The notes under the pieces: model-generated
The model's input: only the letters and a program-made list of their open reading frames with translations
Databases searched by the model: none
What the model was told of the DNA's origin: nothing
Program-made: the position numbers and the translations under genes
Shown here: positions 27,123-29,055 of the stretch, piece by piece
Layout of the letters: each line of letters begins with the position of its first letter
Numbering within the stretch: the first letter of the stretch is position 1
From: a virus
Lineage: Duplodnaviria; Caudoviricetes
Length of the DNA: 29,055 nt
Reading direction: 5' to 3' (one strand)
IMG/VR virus record: IMGVR_UViG_3300030361_000015
Coordinates: 1-29,055 of that record

Positions 27123-27133
27123 AAGCTACCCCC

Positions 27134-27307
27134 TTATTTAACTAACTCAATGTCTTTAACGTCAGCGTAATGACCGAAGTTTTGCTGTTTCTTCCACTTA
27201 CGTACAGCCATGTGAGCTTTACTTTCACTTAAGAATATCTGTTGCTTAACTGTTACAGGATTACTGTCATACAGCTCTTGAAATGTAACTAAATATGCTT
27301 TACTCAT
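27134..27307 (-). CDS. 57-aa hypothetical protein (not in ORF track)
   Basis: SD AGGTG, ATG 27307, MSKAYLVTFQELYDS...VKDIELVK, TAA 27134-27136; fills the gap. Confidence 0.65.
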   Translation of the reverse strand: MSKAYLVTFQELYDSNPVTVKQQIFLSESKAHMAVRKWKKQQNFGHYADVKDIELVK

Positions 27308-27314
27308 GCATCAC

Positions 27315-27818
27315 CTATTTCAATTGTTTCTCTAGCTCAGCGATTTGAGCTTTTAACTCATCAACTTTACGTTCAATTTCTAGTTGCTTAGCGTCTTTGT
27401 CAATCAGCTTGTATAACTCATCAATAGCACAATCTTCGGAACTGCCTGCAACCCTGCCGTAAGTGCCACATGGAGTGAAGTAGAACTTACCAGTTGTACT
27501 AATACCTATAGTAAACTTACCATCCAACTGGTCTTGGAACTGTTGGAATAACTTAATAGCCGACACCATTTTATCTTTACGAATTGTATTATCAATTCTG
27601 TATTTCTGGCGTTGGGAAGTGGTCACTGGAGCACCTGAGCGCCACTTAGTAGCTCTATTTGTAATACCTTTAACACAATCAACTACCTCGACATCTTTGA
27701 AGCAGTGATTTGCAAGCACATCAGTTAGCTTACCCTTTGTGAAAGCTCTCATAGAGGCATATTCGTAAACCTTACTTGTATTAAACCCAGTTTTAAATCT
27801 CACTTTAATAGTGTACAT
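27315..27818 (-). CDS. hypothetical protein
   Basis: 167 aa, TAATG coupling, C-terminal coiled coil. Confidence 0.65.
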   Translation of the reverse strand: MYTIKVRFKTGFNTSKVYEYASMRAFTKGKLTDVLANHCFKDVEVVDCVKGITNRATKWRSGAPVTTSQRQKYRIDNTIRKDKMVSAIKLFQQFQDQLDGKFTIGISTTGKFYFTPCGTYGRVAGSSEDCAIDELYKLIDKDAKQLEIERKVDELKAQIAELEKQLK

Positions 27819-28195
27819 TACCTATTCACCTTTTCAATTAAATAACGAGTCCAATCACCAGACTCAATAAAAATATCAGATGGTTCACCTTGCTGGAAGT
27901 AAATCCAAGCCTTTTGTATGCCATCTTCTGTGTGAACATCAACAATACGACGGTTGTAGTATGATGGATAGCCCTCTAAGCGGTCTAAACGGCTCATAGA
28001 GATGTTATCCACCTCATAAAGCTCTACTACTACAGGTACGTGTTTACCGTCGCTAGAAATGGCTGGATAAGCGCCTAATGAATATAAACCAAATCCATTT
28101 ACACTACCCATTCCAACCATAGGGCTATCACCAAGCACTCGATGGTTGTGTAGTCCTTGCCTAAGGGAGCCATACACTGCCACTAACTTAGTCAT
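27818..28195 (-). CDS. gamma-glutamylcyclotransferase (GGCT / AIG2-like)
   Basis: VAVYGSLRQG..NH, YPA, ELYEV, LDRLEGYPSYY, AWIY motifs. Confidence 0.9.
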   Translation of the reverse strand: MTKLVAVYGSLRQGLHNHRVLGDSPMVGMGSVNGFGLYSLGAYPAISSDGKHVPVVVELYEVDNISMSRLDRLEGYPSYYNRRIVDVHTEDGIQKAWIYFQQGEPSDIFIESGDWTRYLIEKVNR

Positions 28196-28422
28196 AATTT
28201 CACCCCTAAGGATTTCATCCTACCTTCTATCGCAGAGATTCGTGTGGTTAGTAAACCTTCAATCTCTTGTTTAGTGAGTTTTAGATGTAATCCGTTGTTG
28301 ACATTTAAGTCTGCGGAGTACTCTTTCACGTGACTGTAAATGCCCATGACACGGAGGGCTTCTTTATACCCCTCACGTTTATGCTGTAATTGCTGAACCT
28401 CTCTTAAATATTTTACGTTCAT
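28192..28422 (-). CDS. hypothetical protein
   Basis: 76 aa, ATGA overlap with the GGCT gene. Confidence 0.6.
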   Translation of the reverse strand: MNVKYLREVQQLQHKREGYKEALRVMGIYSHVKEYSADLNVNNGLHLKLTKQEIEGLLTTRISAIEGRMKSLGVKL

Positions 28423-28432
28423 CCTTCACCCC

Positions 28433-28642
28433 TTAGAATATGCTGTCATCATCACCTTCGAGAAGGTCTCCGACTAACCCACCTAGAAAACTGCCACCTA
28501 ATAGACCACCTACAATAGATGAACCTACGGCAGCACCGATTACGCCACTGACTAAGAACTTCTCAAAATCACTGCTGCTAAGCTTTCGTTTAATAGCGTC
28601 AACTTCTTGCTGTGAATAATACTTACCATTAATCATCGGCAT
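28433..28642 (-). CDS. small glycine-zipper membrane protein
   Basis: SD AAGGAG; FLVSGVIGAAVGSSIVGGLLGGSFLGGLVG GxxxG repeats; acidic tail. Confidence 0.65.
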   Translation of the reverse strand: MPMINGKYYSQQEVDAIKRKLSSSDFEKFLVSGVIGAAVGSSIVGGLLGGSFLGGLVGDLLEGDDDSIF

Positions 28643-29055
28643 TTTTAAGCTCCTTAAGACTATCAGCTAACTTACGCATTTCAGATTCAATACGTTCAAT
28701 CTCTATTTCACGTTCAGTCTTCTGTGGTTTGATTCGGAATTCAAAGTCCGTACTAAATACACCAAAAACCTCGCCATCTACGTAGGGGCAGTAATCAAAC
28801 CACATATGGTCTTCGTTTATCTGAATTGTAGCTCCATCCGCCCATGCTTTAATAATCTCAGCATGTTTATGTGGTGGGTTTGGGTAAGAGGTGCTTAGAA
28901 CTTCTACGTAATTCTTGCTCCAATAGTATTTACCTAACTCTTTAGCCCCAATATTACCGCTTGGAGAGAATTCAGTTACCTCCACCACCTTGCCTACATG
29001 ATGCCTAAACCAATTAACCCAACCACAGTTATTATGGTCCACTGCACCCCTATAA
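28629..29055 (-). CDS. hypothetical protein (5' end probably outside the window)
   Basis: Frame open to the window edge; PHKHAEIIKAWADGATIQ...FRIKP pattern recalled from phage hypothetical proteins. Confidence 0.6.
   Translation of the reverse strand, partial: YRGAVDHNNCGWVNWFRHHVGKVVEVTEFSPSGNIGAKELGKYYWSKNYVEVLSTSYPNPPHKHAEIIKAWADGATIQINEDHMWFDYCPYVDGEVFGVFSTDFEFRIKPQKTEREIEIERIESEMRKLADSLKELKNADD

Noticed and set aside
1-29055. tRNA genes, integrase, introns/inteins, reverse transcriptase or diversity-generating retroelement, stop-codon reassignment
   Set aside because: None recognised; genes are intact under the standard code, all three stop codons end genes, and intergenic gaps are short

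Overview
A 29 kb piece of a lytic podovirus genome (T7-supergroup-like, no RNA polymerase in the window). Gene content and order resemble the VpV262/SIO1/RIO-1/PA11-type (Zobellviridae-like) phages; this assignment is from recall, not a search. The + arm (1-17296) is the virion and lysis module: scaffold, major capsid, tail tube A/B, GNAT, three internal virion proteins, T4-type lysozyme, holin-like protein and a mosaic tail/receptor-binding protein. It meets a convergent - arm at a bidirectional terminator (~17300-17340). The - arm carries a gamma-glutamylcyclotransferase, primase-helicase, ECF-like sigma factor, family A DNA polymerase, CX5R phosphatase-like protein, SSB-like protein, 5'-3' exonuclease, SLOG protein, double-HNH nuclease, DUF3310 and a DEDDy exonuclease. 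Main observations: (1) four genes (primase-helicase, 5'-3' exonuclease, HNH nuclease, lysozyme) appear to start at non-canonical ATA/ATC codons, each behind a Shine-Dalgarno (SD) sequence and just after an in-frame stop; three of them lose catalytic or Zn-binding motifs if the first canonical start is used. (2) An unannotated 42-aa acidic microprotein ends in GCEGGACKI, resembling a free-standing copy of the redox-active C-terminal tail of ribonucleotide reductase alpha. (3) GATC seems avoided except in an apparently swapped-in receptor-binding segment.
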